Sequence record: ON000910.1
Strand: one strand, 5' to 3'
Length of the DNA stretch: 64,000 nt
Shown: in pieces, positions 23,548 through 35,826 of the stretch
How positions within the stretch are numbered: position 1 is the first letter of the stretch
Layout: the number at the start of each line of letters is the position of its first letter
The notes under the pieces: model-generated
Seen by the model: only the letters and a program-made list of their open reading frames with translations
Told to the model about the DNA's origin: nothing
The model's database searches: none
Program-made: the position numbers and the translations under genes

Positions 23548-24396
23548 TTATCGATTAGTACGAGCAGCTTTCAAGTATGCAGCCATAGATGGTACTGCGG
23601 ATTCTTTCATATCTTTGTCGTCTTTCTTGTCAGCGTCGTCTTCACCGTCTTTTTTATCAGCCGGTTTTTTGTCGTCATCACTTGGCATATCTTCTTTCTC
23701 AGCAAGTTTGATGCCTGATGCGAACTTGATAACACTATTTAGATTGTCTTCAAAGTTCTCGTCGAAGCGAATTGATTCAGCTAGGTCAGAAACTTTCTCT
23801 TTTTGAGAGTCAGCCATACCAGCAGTCACGCGCTCGATGATGATATTTTTTTCTACGTAGTTAGCGTATTCTTTGTGTTGACGGTTTTCAACAACAACTG
23901 CGTCAAGACGACCTTCAAGATCTTGAATGTTTTCTTCAAGAGCTTCGATCATGTCGATCTTCTCGTCTGGGCAGTGAACGTTGTTCTCAATGAATACATT
24001 CTTCATGCCTTCCATCAACCCGTCGAACATTGAAACTTTTAGACCGTTTTCAACAGCTAGTTTGTTTTCAGTCATCCATGTTTCAACAACGTGGTCTAGA
24101 TATGAATCTAGTTTATTCGACATTTGTTCTGCTAGATGTTCACCGTATTTTTCAGCGGCTTCATCAAGCTCTGCTTTGTGTTCGTTGATTACTGCTTCTG
24201 CCTTTTCAGCAGCTTCAGCGATATGTGCTTCAGCAAGCTCAACGGCTTTAGTTTTGATTACACTTTCGAAAACAGTGCTGAACTTATTACGAACATCTTC
24301 GGAAAGTTCAACTGATTCAAAAATGCCATCCAAAGCAGTAGTGATTTTTGCATCGTCTTGCGATACAGCTTCAAGTAGTTGCTCTTTGATTTGCAT
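23548..24396 (-). CDS. gp22: Prohead core scaffold gp22
   Basis: MQIKEQLLE...IFESVELS...YLDHVVETWM.ENKLAV...MAAYL; late promoter TATAAATA at 24426-24433. Confidence 0.93.
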   Translation of the reverse strand: MQIKEQLLEAVSQDDAKITTALDGIFESVELSEDVRNKFSTVFESVIKTKAVELAEAHIAEAAEKAEAVINEHKAELDEAAEKYGEHLAEQMSNKLDSYLDHVVETWMTENKLAVENGLKVSMFDGLMEGMKNVFIENNVHCPDEKIDMIEALEENIQDLEGRLDAVVVENRQHKEYANYVEKNIIIERVTAGMADSQKEKVSDLAESIRFDENFEDNLNSVIKFASGIKLAEKEDMPSDDDKKPADKKDGEDDADKKDDKDMKESAVPSMAAYLKAARTNR

Positions 24397-24428
24397 CTTC
24401 TTCAATTCCTTAAATATGTTTTATATAT

Positions 24429-25070
24429 TTATAAGAGAGTTTTTAACGTTTCCGCTAGTTTCGCAAATTCAGCGTCATTACTTTCTGTAATTTCTTCTGT
24501 TTTTACTGACTTAGCAGCTTCATTTGACTCAGTTACTGGTTTAACGTAAGCAGCAGGTGCACTAGGACCCCACACTACATCAACGCCTACTGTAAGACGG
24601 AAATCTTGCACTTCGTTGATGCCGTCAACTTGCTTAACTGAACCAAGACCTCTTGAACTCACGCCCGGTACCCAACCACCTTCGATCAGACCTCGAACTA
24701 TTTGTCCCTTCGGTGTATTTAGTACGATAGCTTTACCCATTACGTTATCGCCGTCCCACCACAACTCAGTAATTCGAATCGCAGCTTCAGCGGGGTCAAC
24801 GTTTGAACGACTTGGGTGATTAAGCTCGCCCAACGCTTGATTCGTGTTGACTTGTTCTTTCATGTATTTAGATACAGCATTTTCCATGACTTTTTTCGGG
24901 TATCGACGACCATTACGGTTTACGACATTCGATTGCATGAAAATACCTTCGATGTACAAGTCACCGCCCTTTTCAGTGGGCATTTTCGCTTCAACAAGAG
25001 GCTTTTCACCGAAGCTATCAGCGCAACCGCTAGATAAACCCCAGTCTTCAATTAAGAGTTGTAATTCCAT
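24429..25070 (-). CDS. gp21: Prohead protease gp21
   Basis: LYIEGIFMQSNVVNRNGRRYP, ALGELNHP, PGVSSRGLGS, VDVVWGPSAP. Confidence 0.97.
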   Translation of the reverse strand: MELQLLIEDWGLSSGCADSFGEKPLVEAKMPTEKGGDLYIEGIFMQSNVVNRNGRRYPKKVMENAVSKYMKEQVNTNQALGELNHPSRSNVDPAEAAIRITELWWDGDNVMGKAIVLNTPKGQIVRGLIEGGWVPGVSSRGLGSVKQVDGINEVQDFRLTVGVDVVWGPSAPAAYVKPVTESNEAAKSVKTEEITESNDAEFAKLAETLKTLL

Positions 25071-25072
25071 AA

Positions 25073-25564
25073 TTAAAGCCCCATTTGTTGACGCTTCTTC
25101 ATCGACTTCTTACGCAATTTTTTTGCTTTACGATCTGCACTAGTGCCTTTCATACGCTTGCGTGTTTTAGCCGCTTTTCGCGCTGTTTTTTGTCTCTTCG
25201 ATTTACTTAGACCAGTTGTTTGAGTCGCTTTTCGCGCTCTGGTTTTTCGGTCTTTGCGCTTCGTAATTAAACTACCGCCAGCTTTTTTGTTAGCAATAGA
25301 AACTTGCTTAACTAGCTTTTCGGAAAGTTCGAATTTTTCACACGCTTCATCGATTGATAACCCGTCTTCAAGAGAACTTAGCACGTCAAGTACAACTTCA
25401 ACTTCGTTCGTGATGTCTTTATTGCTGTGAACGCCGATATCTTCAGCTTCAGCAAACGCTTTGATAGTGTCGCTGATATCTTGGCGATCTAACTGACCAC
25501 CAAGAACTGCTTCTACCAAATCTTCGACGATTTTCTCTTGAACGGCTTCGGAAATGAACTTCAT
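25073..25564 (-). CDS. gp68: Prohead core protein gp68
   Basis: Acidic N-terminus, highly basic C-terminus (RKATQTTGLSKSKR..ARKAAKT); between genes 67 and 21. Confidence 0.85.
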   Translation of the reverse strand: MKFISEAVQEKIVEDLVEAVLGGQLDRQDISDTIKAFAEAEDIGVHSNKDITNEVEVVLDVLSSLEDGLSIDEACEKFELSEKLVKQVSIANKKAGGSLITKRKDRKTRARKATQTTGLSKSKRQKTARKAAKTRKRMKGTSADRKAKKLRKKSMKKRQQMGL

Positions 25565-25732
25565 TTAGTCCTCCTGATTGATTTCACCGTCTACTGTAAT
25601 TGAACGACCAAGTTCTTGCTTCATGTCGTCAATACGCGCCGCTACACGCTGACCGATTTCTTGGCGAAATTGAGATTCAAAATCTGCCAATTTACCGTCT
25701 CGTGCCGCTGCTACCATTGTTTCTAAGCTCAT
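25565..25732 (-). CDS. gp67: Prohead core protein gp67 (55 aa)
   Basis: Hand-translated: MSLETMVAAARDGKLADFESQFRQEIGQRVAARIDDMKQELGRSITVDGEINQED; GAGG RBS; between genes 20 and 68. Confidence 0.8.
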   Translation of the reverse strand: MSLETMVAAARDGKLADFESQFRQEIGQRVAARIDDMKQELGRSITVDGEINQED

Positions 25733-25745
25733 TATGTGCTACCTC

Positions 25746-27296
25746 TTAAAATCCGTGATCGTCTTGTTGGAACCTTGGGTTTGTCTCTTCTTCGTCAATC
25801 TCACTCTGCATAGCAGTGATTTGATCGTCAGACAAACGTAAAATGTTCTTCTGAATGTATTTATGACTGTAATATTTGCCCGCGTACTCTTGCACGTCGC
25901 GCATTGCGTTCATACGACTATTTAGAATCTCTAATTCCTTAGCTTCTTCAAAATACGAGTCTTGGTTGAAAACAACATACAGTTTTTCGTGGTTTGCATC
26001 CCACTCTTCTTCTGTTATGATGTTATTTACAATCAACTGATGTTTTAACGGGTCAGTGATTACAGTTTCGAATTTCGTCTGCAAACGCTTAACGAATTTC
26101 GTGAATTTCAGCTCATCACGCGAAATTTCAGTGCCTTGACCGAAGTTGATACCACCATTTTGATCTTCTGTCGCTGCGCGTGATGTAGGAATACGCATCG
26201 CTTTGTACAACTTACGATTGAAGTACAGAACGTCTTCGATGTCACCAAGTGACTGACCGCCAGGTAGTGTGCTTACTTCTGTACCCTTCGAACCTTCTCG
26301 GCGAGGAAGATAGTAATCTTCAAGCATTGACATTGCGTTAGTCGTATTCTTGACTTTACCTGTTGATGTATCATACACAATGCGGTTTTTAACGTTTTGC
26401 ATGATGCCGTTTACGTATTGTTGTGCTTTCTGAGTTGGCAAGTTACCTACGTCAACATAAAACACTCGACGTTCAGGTGCACGTGCTAGACGGTATATTA
26501 CCAATGCGTCTTCTAGCATCTTCAACTGGTTCGCAGGTTTAATTGCGCGATCTAAGTAGCCGATAATATACGGCTCGTCAGCACATCCCTTCATTAACCC
26601 GCTGTGAGCAAATACGATAGCATCTTTCGGAATTCTGAATGATGATTGTGAGCGAGAAGAACCACTCATCCATGACGGCATTTTGTAATCAGATTGCTTG
26701 TAAACGTAATACTCAAGCGTGCCCTTTACAACTTCAACACCATCAATAGTCTCTTTTTGAATTTCGCGAACTAGTTCCATTTTTGTCGGGTCTAGTGGGC
26801 GCAACTCAATGATATTATCTTCTTTGTCTAGAATTTTGTGAAAGTAGATTCGAGAATCAACGTACCATTTTCGAAACCACTTGTAGCCGTGCTTACGCAT
26901 CTGTAGTAAGCCAACCACTCGATCAAATTCTTCGTTAATTTTAGTCTTGATATTTTCTGAGAAGTCAGTGTTGTCTAAGTTCAACCACACAACTTCTTTA
27001 TCGTTTTCATAAACGATAGCTTCATCGACGATTTCTTGAATAGCATCATCGACTTCGTGATATTCTGCTAGTGCTCGATATCCCTTTATCAACTCTTTTA
27101 CGGGTACTGTCCCTTGAGCAGATTGACCGTCAGTCGGGATAAAGTTAGTTCCCATTTGAGGTGCTAATAAGTTAGTATGAATCTCTTTAGCACCATCTAC
27201 GTTATCTGGCGCAGAAAACGAACGAACAGGGTTTTTATCGATTTGTTGTATTTCCTGTTCTTCTTCTTTCGCCCAGAATTTCATAAACTCTAACAT
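25746..27296 (-). CDS. gp20: Portal protein gp20
   Basis: EVDDAIQEIVDEAIV, WYVDSRIYFHK, EDALVIYRLARAPERRVFYVDVGNLP, LEDYYLPRREG. Confidence 0.98.
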   Translation of the reverse strand: MLEFMKFWAKEEEQEIQQIDKNPVRSFSAPDNVDGAKEIHTNLLAPQMGTNFIPTDGQSAQGTVPVKELIKGYRALAEYHEVDDAIQEIVDEAIVYENDKEVVWLNLDNTDFSENIKTKINEEFDRVVGLLQMRKHGYKWFRKWYVDSRIYFHKILDKEDNIIELRPLDPTKMELVREIQKETIDGVEVVKGTLEYYVYKQSDYKMPSWMSGSSRSQSSFRIPKDAIVFAHSGLMKGCADEPYIIGYLDRAIKPANQLKMLEDALVIYRLARAPERRVFYVDVGNLPTQKAQQYVNGIMQNVKNRIVYDTSTGKVKNTTNAMSMLEDYYLPRREGSKGTEVSTLPGGQSLGDIEDVLYFNRKLYKAMRIPTSRAATEDQNGGINFGQGTEISRDELKFTKFVKRLQTKFETVITDPLKHQLIVNNIITEEEWDANHEKLYVVFNQDSYFEEAKELEILNSRMNAMRDVQEYAGKYYSHKYIQKNILRLSDDQITAMQSEIDEEETNPRFQQDDHGF

Positions 27297-27310
27297 ATTT
27301 TTACCTCAAT

Positions 27311-27330
27311 AAAGGGGCAATTAAGCCCCT
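27311..27330 (-). terminator. Terminator-like hairpin after gene 19
   Basis: AGGGGCTTAATTGCCCCTTT, identical to 554-573. Confidence 0.65.
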
Positions 27331-27335
27331 AGTCT

Positions 27336-27836
27336 TTAGTCCATTGTGAAGTAGTCTAGGCTGAATGTTACTTCAAACGTTTCGATTTCGTTGTTTGAGT
27401 CCCAATCAAGCGCAACTTCACCGACCATTGTTGGGAAGATACCGAATACAGTTGCCGAAGTAGTCGGGTCGCCATTACGGTCTAATTGCGTGATTGTACC
27501 AGTACGCTTGTACTGATCTGGCGTCTCACCTGAAATGTCTTTACCTAAGCCTACTGCACGAGCTTGCCATGCCAAGATAGCTTTACGAATGTCGTGATTC
27601 TCATCATTGTAAACCGTAACGTTCCAATCATCGAAAGTACGGTCACCTGCGATGTTGTATTTACGGTTCTGATATGAGACCTCAAGCTTTTCAACGCTGC
27701 CCGGTGGCATAGAAGAAGCTCGACATTGGAATTTAAAATTTTGTCCCAGATACGGAATCTCAACTTCGAACAAGTTTGGACGAGCGAAATCACCGTTACT
27801 GAAAGCTCTTTTAATGTTGTCTACATTAAGTGCCAT
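27336..27836 (-). CDS. gp19: Tail tube protein gp19
   Basis: GDFARPNLFEVEIP, AGDRTFDDWNVTVYNDE, LDWDSNNEIETFEVTF; late promoter TCTAAATA at 27852-27859. Confidence 0.97.
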   Translation of the reverse strand: MALNVDNIKRAFSNGDFARPNLFEVEIPYLGQNFKFQCRASSMPPGSVEKLEVSYQNRKYNIAGDRTFDDWNVTVYNDENHDIRKAILAWQARAVGLGKDISGETPDQYKRTGTITQLDRNGDPTTSATVFGIFPTMVGEVALDWDSNNEIETFEVTFSLDYFTMD

Positions 27837-27888
27837 TTTCTCTTACCTTATTATTTAGAGGGGCTAAAAAAGCCCCTCGTGATTGCTC

Positions 27889-29904
27889 TTAGCCGATGAT
27901 TTCTGCAAAGTCAGCGTCAGTTGACGTTGCTACGAAGTTCAGCGTAATGTAGTTGATTGACTTAGCAGGTTTCACGTAGATACTTGCTACAAACTCGTTT
28001 CTGTCGATGACAGACCCTGGGTTGTTTGTCTCGTCACATACAACACGGAAATCGTAAATACCGCCTAGATCTTGAATGTTAGTCAAGTAAGCGTCGATTT
28101 CTGATTTGAAGCTTGAGCGTGTGAACTCATCGTTCAATTCGAATAGACGATACTTAGCAGCATCTGAGATCGCTTTCTTCAGCAAGTTAAACAGACGACG
28201 CACGTTAATGCGATCAAATGCACTTGCTTGCTGTGTAGCAGTCTTATCACCGTATAGTACGAAGCCTTGACCTGCAAAGCCCACTACAGGGTTAATACCG
28301 ATTTGATATAGCGCATCACGGTGAGCACGACGTAGATCAACTGCTAGACGGTTTACGCCCTTGATTTGACCACGATTGAAGCCCGCTGGTGACATCCAAG
28401 GTTGAGAAACTTGGTCAGTATAAGCACATAGACCTGCAATATCACCCGCTAGAGGAACCCAACGATTGCGATCTGAGTACTTGTCGTACTGATACTTATA
28501 GTTACCGTCAACCACTGCATAAGTCGTGCTTACGTTTAGATTGTCAGTTACAGGTTGACCGTTAGTCGGGTCGATACCCGTGCGCCAGCCTTGAATATTC
28601 GCTACTGCAACATGCGCTTGTTTGTTGATTACGTGAACACCCGGTGGCGATACGAAAACAACACAGTCTTGACGTACATTACCGACTGAGTCAATCGCGT
28701 ATTTTTGAACAGTCGATGCAATTGATAGTTCTTCTGCCGCAGCATTACCCGCAATGATCAAGTTTGTGTAAAGAACTTCTGGGTCAGATAGCATATCTAG
28801 ACCAAGCATCCAGTCGTCTGCGCCAGCGTTAGCGTCGTAACCACCACCAAGATTGTATGCACCTGAGCCAGTATTCCAACCTTCTGCAATCGCAGTGATG
28901 TACGCAGAACCGCTATTTTCAAAGTACTCGTCGATGAAAATAGATTGACCGTTCACGTCTTTGTCACCTGGGTTCGTAGAAACGATGAACGCTTCTTCAA
29001 CTTCACCAGATACGCGAACAATTACAGCGTATTGGTTGCTGTTTGCAGGGCCGAAAGTGAAGTAACTAGCTAGGTTGATTGAACGAGTACCACCATCTGG
29101 GTAGATTGGTAGATCGATATCGCCTAGTGTATGACCAGCCGCGAATGCAAATGCAGTCTGATAGTCGGAGTAGTTAATCACTTCAACAGAAATGTTGTCA
29201 CCATAGCTACCGACATAACGTGCAGCAATACGAGAGAAACCTTGCTTCTCGATTAGATCAGCGTATTTCAATGCACCGCCTTCAGTTTCAATCTCTGTTA
29301 ACGCACCTGTTGACAATTCGATATTAGGGAAGTATACTGAACCAGTATCAATAATTTCAATCGCAGAAAGTGCAATATCACCTTGAGTTGGTTGTAGTGT
29401 AACTGTACCCACGCCCGGGTAGTTCCCGTCAGCTTTAGCAGCCGCAACGATCTCTGCCGAAGGCAAGAAAATCTTAGTTGCTGCGTTGTTGTTACCCGCA
29501 TCTACTTCAAGTACTTTACCCTTTTCAGTAAGCGAACCAACACCTGAGTAAGTAATCGTGATTTCATCACCAACAACACAGCCGTTTGATGCACCTAGAG
29601 TGTATTCAACAGCGTTGTATAATGCAGTCGCGTTCTGAGCACTTGACTCATCACAGATACGCACTAGACGTAGATCGTTACCATACTTCAAGAAGTTGTT
29701 CGCAGTCATGAATGATGCTGCGGTATAGTCGTTTGGACGACCGAAAATAGTAACCAAGTCGGACTCTGAAGTTACTTGAGTGATGCTGTATGCTGGACCC
29801 CACTCAAATTTCCCCACCATAGCAGCACGCCCTGTAGACGCACGACCGATAGCACTTGCAAGGTTAATCTCTTTATTTTCGACACCCGGAGATAAAAGAG
29901 TCAT
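27889..29904 (-). CDS. gp18: Tail sheath protein gp18
   Basis: MTLLSPGVE.KE, GKFEWGPA, WMSPAGFNRGQI, GDKT, FDRINVRRLF; late promoter TATAAATA at 29942-29949. Confidence 0.98.
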   Translation of the reverse strand: MTLLSPGVENKEINLASAIGRASTGRAAMVGKFEWGPAYSITQVTSESDLVTIFGRPNDYTAASFMTANNFLKYGNDLRLVRICDESSAQNATALYNAVEYTLGASNGCVVGDEITITYSGVGSLTEKGKVLEVDAGNNNAATKIFLPSAEIVAAAKADGNYPGVGTVTLQPTQGDIALSAIEIIDTGSVYFPNIELSTGALTEIETEGGALKYADLIEKQGFSRIAARYVGSYGDNISVEVINYSDYQTAFAFAAGHTLGDIDLPIYPDGGTRSINLASYFTFGPANSNQYAVIVRVSGEVEEAFIVSTNPGDKDVNGQSIFIDEYFENSGSAYITAIAEGWNTGSGAYNLGGGYDANAGADDWMLGLDMLSDPEVLYTNLIIAGNAAAEELSIASTVQKYAIDSVGNVRQDCVVFVSPPGVHVINKQAHVAVANIQGWRTGIDPTNGQPVTDNLNVSTTYAVVDGNYKYQYDKYSDRNRWVPLAGDIAGLCAYTDQVSQPWMSPAGFNRGQIKGVNRLAVDLRRAHRDALYQIGINPVVGFAGQGFVLYGDKTATQQASAFDRINVRRLFNLLKKAISDAAKYRLFELNDEFTRSSFKSEIDAYLTNIQDLGGIYDFRVVCDETNNPGSVIDRNEFVASIYVKPAKSINYITLNFVATSTDADFAEIIG

Positions 29905-29950
29905 TTATTTTTCCTTACCATTAAGTTGTTTGTTCATTTAATATTTATAA

Positions 29951-32261
<2,311 letters not shown>

Positions 32262-32371
32262 ACGTTCCTCTCTAAAACGCTCTGTGAGCGTTTTTCAATA
32301 ATATGAGTACAAACACTCAATACAATAGACAAACGCTGCGTACGTTAAGCACACAGCGATATAAACAGGTA

Positions 32372-32920
32372 TTAAGCGTCAGTGTCTCCACGAACAGTAA
32401 TAGTTGCAGTTTCTAATGCTGCCGCTGCACCTGCATTGATAGTACGTCTAACCCAAATTGCTCGATATTCGCCTGCTGCTAAATTACCGATATCAAGCCC
32501 AGATTCGAATGTCGAATGTTCACCGAATATAACTGTTGACAATTCAGTACCCGAATCAACTTCGTCATCTAGAGTGATAAGCGAATCAACGCCGTTAAGC
32601 GCCACTGGGTCTAGACCTAGCTCGATAGTAGAATCTGCCGATGCTGTATTGGCAGACATATACACCATTGCATCATACAAAGTTAGCGATGGGTGGTTAT
32701 TTTTGACGTAAATTAAGCGATACTCAACACGACCTGAAGAAGCTTCAGATGAAGGTACCGCATCGAAAAGATCATGAACTTGACCTGAAACTAGCTCGGT
32801 AGCACTGATACCACCACCCAGTGAATCAACTTCTTGATCGTTTGTGTTGCCGTTTCCCGGCGAAGCCGCAACTACGTGCAGACTTTTATTAAATCTTAAA
32901 TCACCTGTTACGATAGGCAT
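32372..32920 (-). CDS. Hypothetical late (probably structural) protein between genes 15 and 16
   Basis: 182 aa; own late promoter (32954-32961) and GGAG RBS; SLGGGIS...LFD.V...EA..G.VEYR..YV.N...YRAIWVRRT. Confidence 0.75.
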   Translation of the reverse strand: MPIVTGDLRFNKSLHVVAASPGNGNTNDQEVDSLGGGISATELVSGQVHDLFDAVPSSEASSGRVEYRLIYVKNNHPSLTLYDAMVYMSANTASADSTIELGLDPVALNGVDSLITLDDEVDSGTELSTVIFGEHSTFESGLDIGNLAAGEYRAIWVRRTINAGAAAALETATITVRGDTDA

Positions 32921-32972
32921 GATTTCTCTCCAAAAAGATAAGGACGGTCTTCATATTTAGAAGACCACCATA

Positions 32973-34034
32973 TTAGTTTTCAATGTTGTACGTCACGTCA
33001 GTAGAGCTAATGACAGATTCACGAGAATGATCCCAAACTACACCGTACGAGGCGCCCACTTCATCTCTGTTATACCAGTAGATGTTATAATCGCTATCAA
33101 TTGTAGATCGAGTAGACCAATCAAATTCACTCGATGCGCTCACTGAACTATATGTCGAATACTCAACATCAATATTACCGCTCGTGCTAAATCGTCTCGA
33201 CCAATCAACATCAAGGTCGCTACTTATATCACTACGTATATTCCAATCAACATCGTATGATGATTCGATTCTATATCGCCAGCTAATTGAACTAGCAGCA
33301 TCGACTTGAGAACGAACGCTCCAATCAATGTCACATGAACTAGAAACAGCTTCACGTTCTGCATGAATGATTGATTGCTCTTCGTCTTGGAAGTTCAAGT
33401 AAATCGTTCTAATCTCACCGAACTGAGCATTTGTAGGTGGGTATAACCAACCTTTAAGACGCAAGTTCAATGTCCATTCGATATGTCGCATATCGCCAGC
33501 CGCGCCTTCAAATGTCGCTTCGGGTACGGCTGATTCTAATATAATAGGAATATCACGCTCATCTACTACAACCTCATTTTCATCAAGCTCTTTAATCATA
33601 GTGTTAAATTGTGGTTGAAAATAAGGAAGTATTTGTTCTATAATTTGAAATGCATCATCTTGATGACGTGTATAAACACTGACTTCAAATTCAAAGTCGT
33701 AAGGGACTGAGTTAAAGAGCTTATTCGATTTAGGTCGATCACCCGTATAATCACGTGTCAGCTTACGGTTTGAAACGTTAGTTTTTCTCGTCGCGTCATA
33801 AGTACACGACACCATGTCCAAGCCAATTCTTGGTAGCAGCGTAGCTACATTCGCTACGCTACCGTCGCCGTTAAGCTCTTGACTATTCAAAGATGCAACG
33901 AATTGCTCCTTTGAAGAAACTGTAATTGGCACCTTTCTATACGTATCTCCGCGAGATACGTATATGTTAGAGAACAAGTTTCCCATCAAGAGAACGTATT
34001 TGCGTATCGATCTGTGATAGAAATACCCTTTCAC
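32973..34034 (-). CDS. gp15: Tail terminator gp15 with C-terminal repeat extension
   Basis: YFYHRSIRKYV..MGNLFSNI, LPRIGLD, QIIEQILPYFQPQF, GWLYPP; about 120 extra aa of Ser/Trp repeats. Confidence 0.92.
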   Translation of the reverse strand: MKGYFYHRSIRKYVLLMGNLFSNIYVSRGDTYRKVPITVSSKEQFVASLNSQELNGDGSVANVATLLPRIGLDMVSCTYDATRKTNVSNRKLTRDYTGDRPKSNKLFNSVPYDFEFEVSVYTRHQDDAFQIIEQILPYFQPQFNTMIKELDENEVVVDERDIPIILESAVPEATFEGAAGDMRHIEWTLNLRLKGWLYPPTNAQFGEIRTIYLNFQDEEQSIIHAEREAVSSSCDIDWSVRSQVDAASSISWRYRIESSYDVDWNIRSDISSDLDVDWSRRFSTSGNIDVEYSTYSSVSASSEFDWSTRSTIDSDYNIYWYNRDEVGASYGVVWDHSRESVISSTDVTYNIEN

Positions 34035-34043
34035 GATGCCCCC

Positions 34044-34883
34044 TTAAAAACTGTCAAATGGATTACTGTTATTTACACTAAACCCAACTGGTGCTTCTTG
34101 ACGTGGGTCTGTTGGTTTAACATCACTACCCTGAGGCACAACTTGCTCAGATTCGTAGTATTTTTCAACTTCATCTTCGATTTGAGTAATTTCATCACCC
34201 TGCTCGATTCCGATGTCCCAGCGACCATCAAGTGAATTAATCTTGTCAATATCAATCATTTCGTCAGTATCTTGACCAAAGTTTAAAATGTCGTCAATCG
34301 AGTCAACAACTGCGTCTGGCTTCTCAAGATTGATTTCCTCACCAGAGTATACAAATTTCGTCATTTTCATCTTACGCATAGGTAAAACACCATTCATATA
34401 CCACGGGTCTTCTCTCTCAACCCAACTAATCTCAAATAGACTGTTAGCAAGCGGGAAATATATCAAGTCGCCCATTAGCGGTTGATTACCGTCGCCTTGT
34501 TGAGCGAACAGTTTTGGGTTGATACAGACATTCATTTCATCGTTAACTTGAAAGCCGAACTTACTATACCAATCGCCGTCGCCATCCCAGCCGTCAAATG
34601 ATTCAACATACAACGCCATTCTGAAGTTCTTGGTAAATTTACTCAACGGGTCTTCGCCGAATACAAGATCGACGTTTTGCATTTCACGTCGAATGTAAAC
34701 ACATTCAACGCCACGGTTGATGATAGACTCTGCAACAAGCATGTCTGTTAAATTCTGTTCGTTGGTATGATTTACCCAGTTGAAATAAGGGTTGACTAAA
34801 TGATCATTGTAGATCTTGTCAAACCCTTTTTGACTTTCCAACTTAGCGAACATACCACCTGTATTGTCGTCGTATGCTCCCAT
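34044..34883 (-). CDS. gp14: Neck protein gp14
   Basis: NPYFN...EQ.L.DMLVAESII.RG.E..YI.RE, SKFGFQVNDE, GDLIYFPL.NSLFEI.WVE. Confidence 0.95.
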   Translation of the reverse strand: MGAYDDNTGGMFAKLESQKGFDKIYNDHLVNPYFNWVNHTNEQNLTDMLVAESIINRGVECVYIRREMQNVDLVFGEDPLSKFTKNFRMALYVESFDGWDGDGDWYSKFGFQVNDEMNVCINPKLFAQQGDGNQPLMGDLIYFPLANSLFEISWVEREDPWYMNGVLPMRKMKMTKFVYSGEEINLEKPDAVVDSIDDILNFGQDTDEMIDIDKINSLDGRWDIGIEQGDEITQIEDEVEKYYESEQVVPQGSDVKPTDPRQEAPVGFSVNNSNPFDSF

Positions 34884-34886
34884 AAA

Positions 34887-35816
34887 TCACCCCATGAATA
34901 CGCCAAGCGGAACGGTCAGTGACATAAGTTCTTCACGCAAGCGATTCATTTCTTCTTCTGCCTCTGCGTAAATCTCTTTACCGTCTACTGTAATACCACC
35001 TGGTAATTGAAGCCCTTGGTGCTTCTTCAGAATCGTACCGTTAAGCTGTTTAACCATAGCAGTAGCCATGTCTTTAACCCAACGCACCGAATATGCGTTC
35101 TGTTCAGCGAACTGGTTAGGGTTACCGATTGTGTTATTCTGTCTTAGAATCGCATACGGGTCATCCCAACGCTCTTGCGCTGTAGTGTCTTCATATGAAC
35201 CAATTGTTGCTGCTTTGTTACCGATGATACCAGTCGCAGATTCAGAAACTAACAATGCACTAGGAACATATGCTTCGACTACAACAACTTCATTCGGTTG
35301 CAAATTGGCATTGATGCGCAATTGTTTGTTAACACCATTATACCAGTAATCGTGTTCTGGTGACATTAAGTCCATCATCAAACTTTTGTATGACATCAAG
35401 TTCCAATAATCACTTAAACCGCCACCACTACCACCCAACATACCTTGATGATACGAATTGCATGAACCTTGTCCTGCACCACCCGCTAGACCTTGTAAAA
35501 AGTCGCTGAACCATGAGTATGTCGCAGTTCCGTCCATAGTGAAGAAGCTACTTTCACCGCGCAAAATTTTCGTGATCGCAGTCGCGGGGATATCAAGATC
35601 TATGATACCTGTTTGAGCTTGTTCTTCAGACAATGAAATGATAGAATATGTTTTGTTCACCCCATCTGGGTGATATTCAATGTAAAGTTCTAGCGCACGT
35701 GAAATGCAGTCGTATATCTGATCTTCAGACACTTCGACATTGACAATAGGCGCACCAAGGCGCCTTAAAATCAAATCTTTCATTTCACGAGGCGATGTAG
35801 CGTTATACGCTTGCAT
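34887..35816 (-). CDS. gp13: Neck protein gp13
   Basis: PREMKDLILRRLGAPIVNVEV..DQIYDCI.RALE, WVKD.ATA.VK, LPGG.TVDG. Confidence 0.95.
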   Translation of the reverse strand: MQAYNATSPREMKDLILRRLGAPIVNVEVSEDQIYDCISRALELYIEYHPDGVNKTYSIISLSEEQAQTGIIDLDIPATAITKILRGESSFFTMDGTATYSWFSDFLQGLAGGAGQGSCNSYHQGMLGGSGGGLSDYWNLMSYKSLMMDLMSPEHDYWYNGVNKQLRINANLQPNEVVVVEAYVPSALLVSESATGIIGNKAATIGSYEDTTAQERWDDPYAILRQNNTIGNPNQFAEQNAYSVRWVKDMATAMVKQLNGTILKKHQGLQLPGGITVDGKEIYAEAEEEMNRLREELMSLTVPLGVFMG

Positions 35817-35826
35817 AACTTACCCC

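Noticed and set aside
23981-24490. Long antisense or overlapping ORFs (e.g. 23981-24490, 41911-42252, 54092-54439, 62181-62510, 20077-20391)
   Set aside because: Shadow frames of well-supported genes, with Ser-rich composition, no RBS and no motifs.
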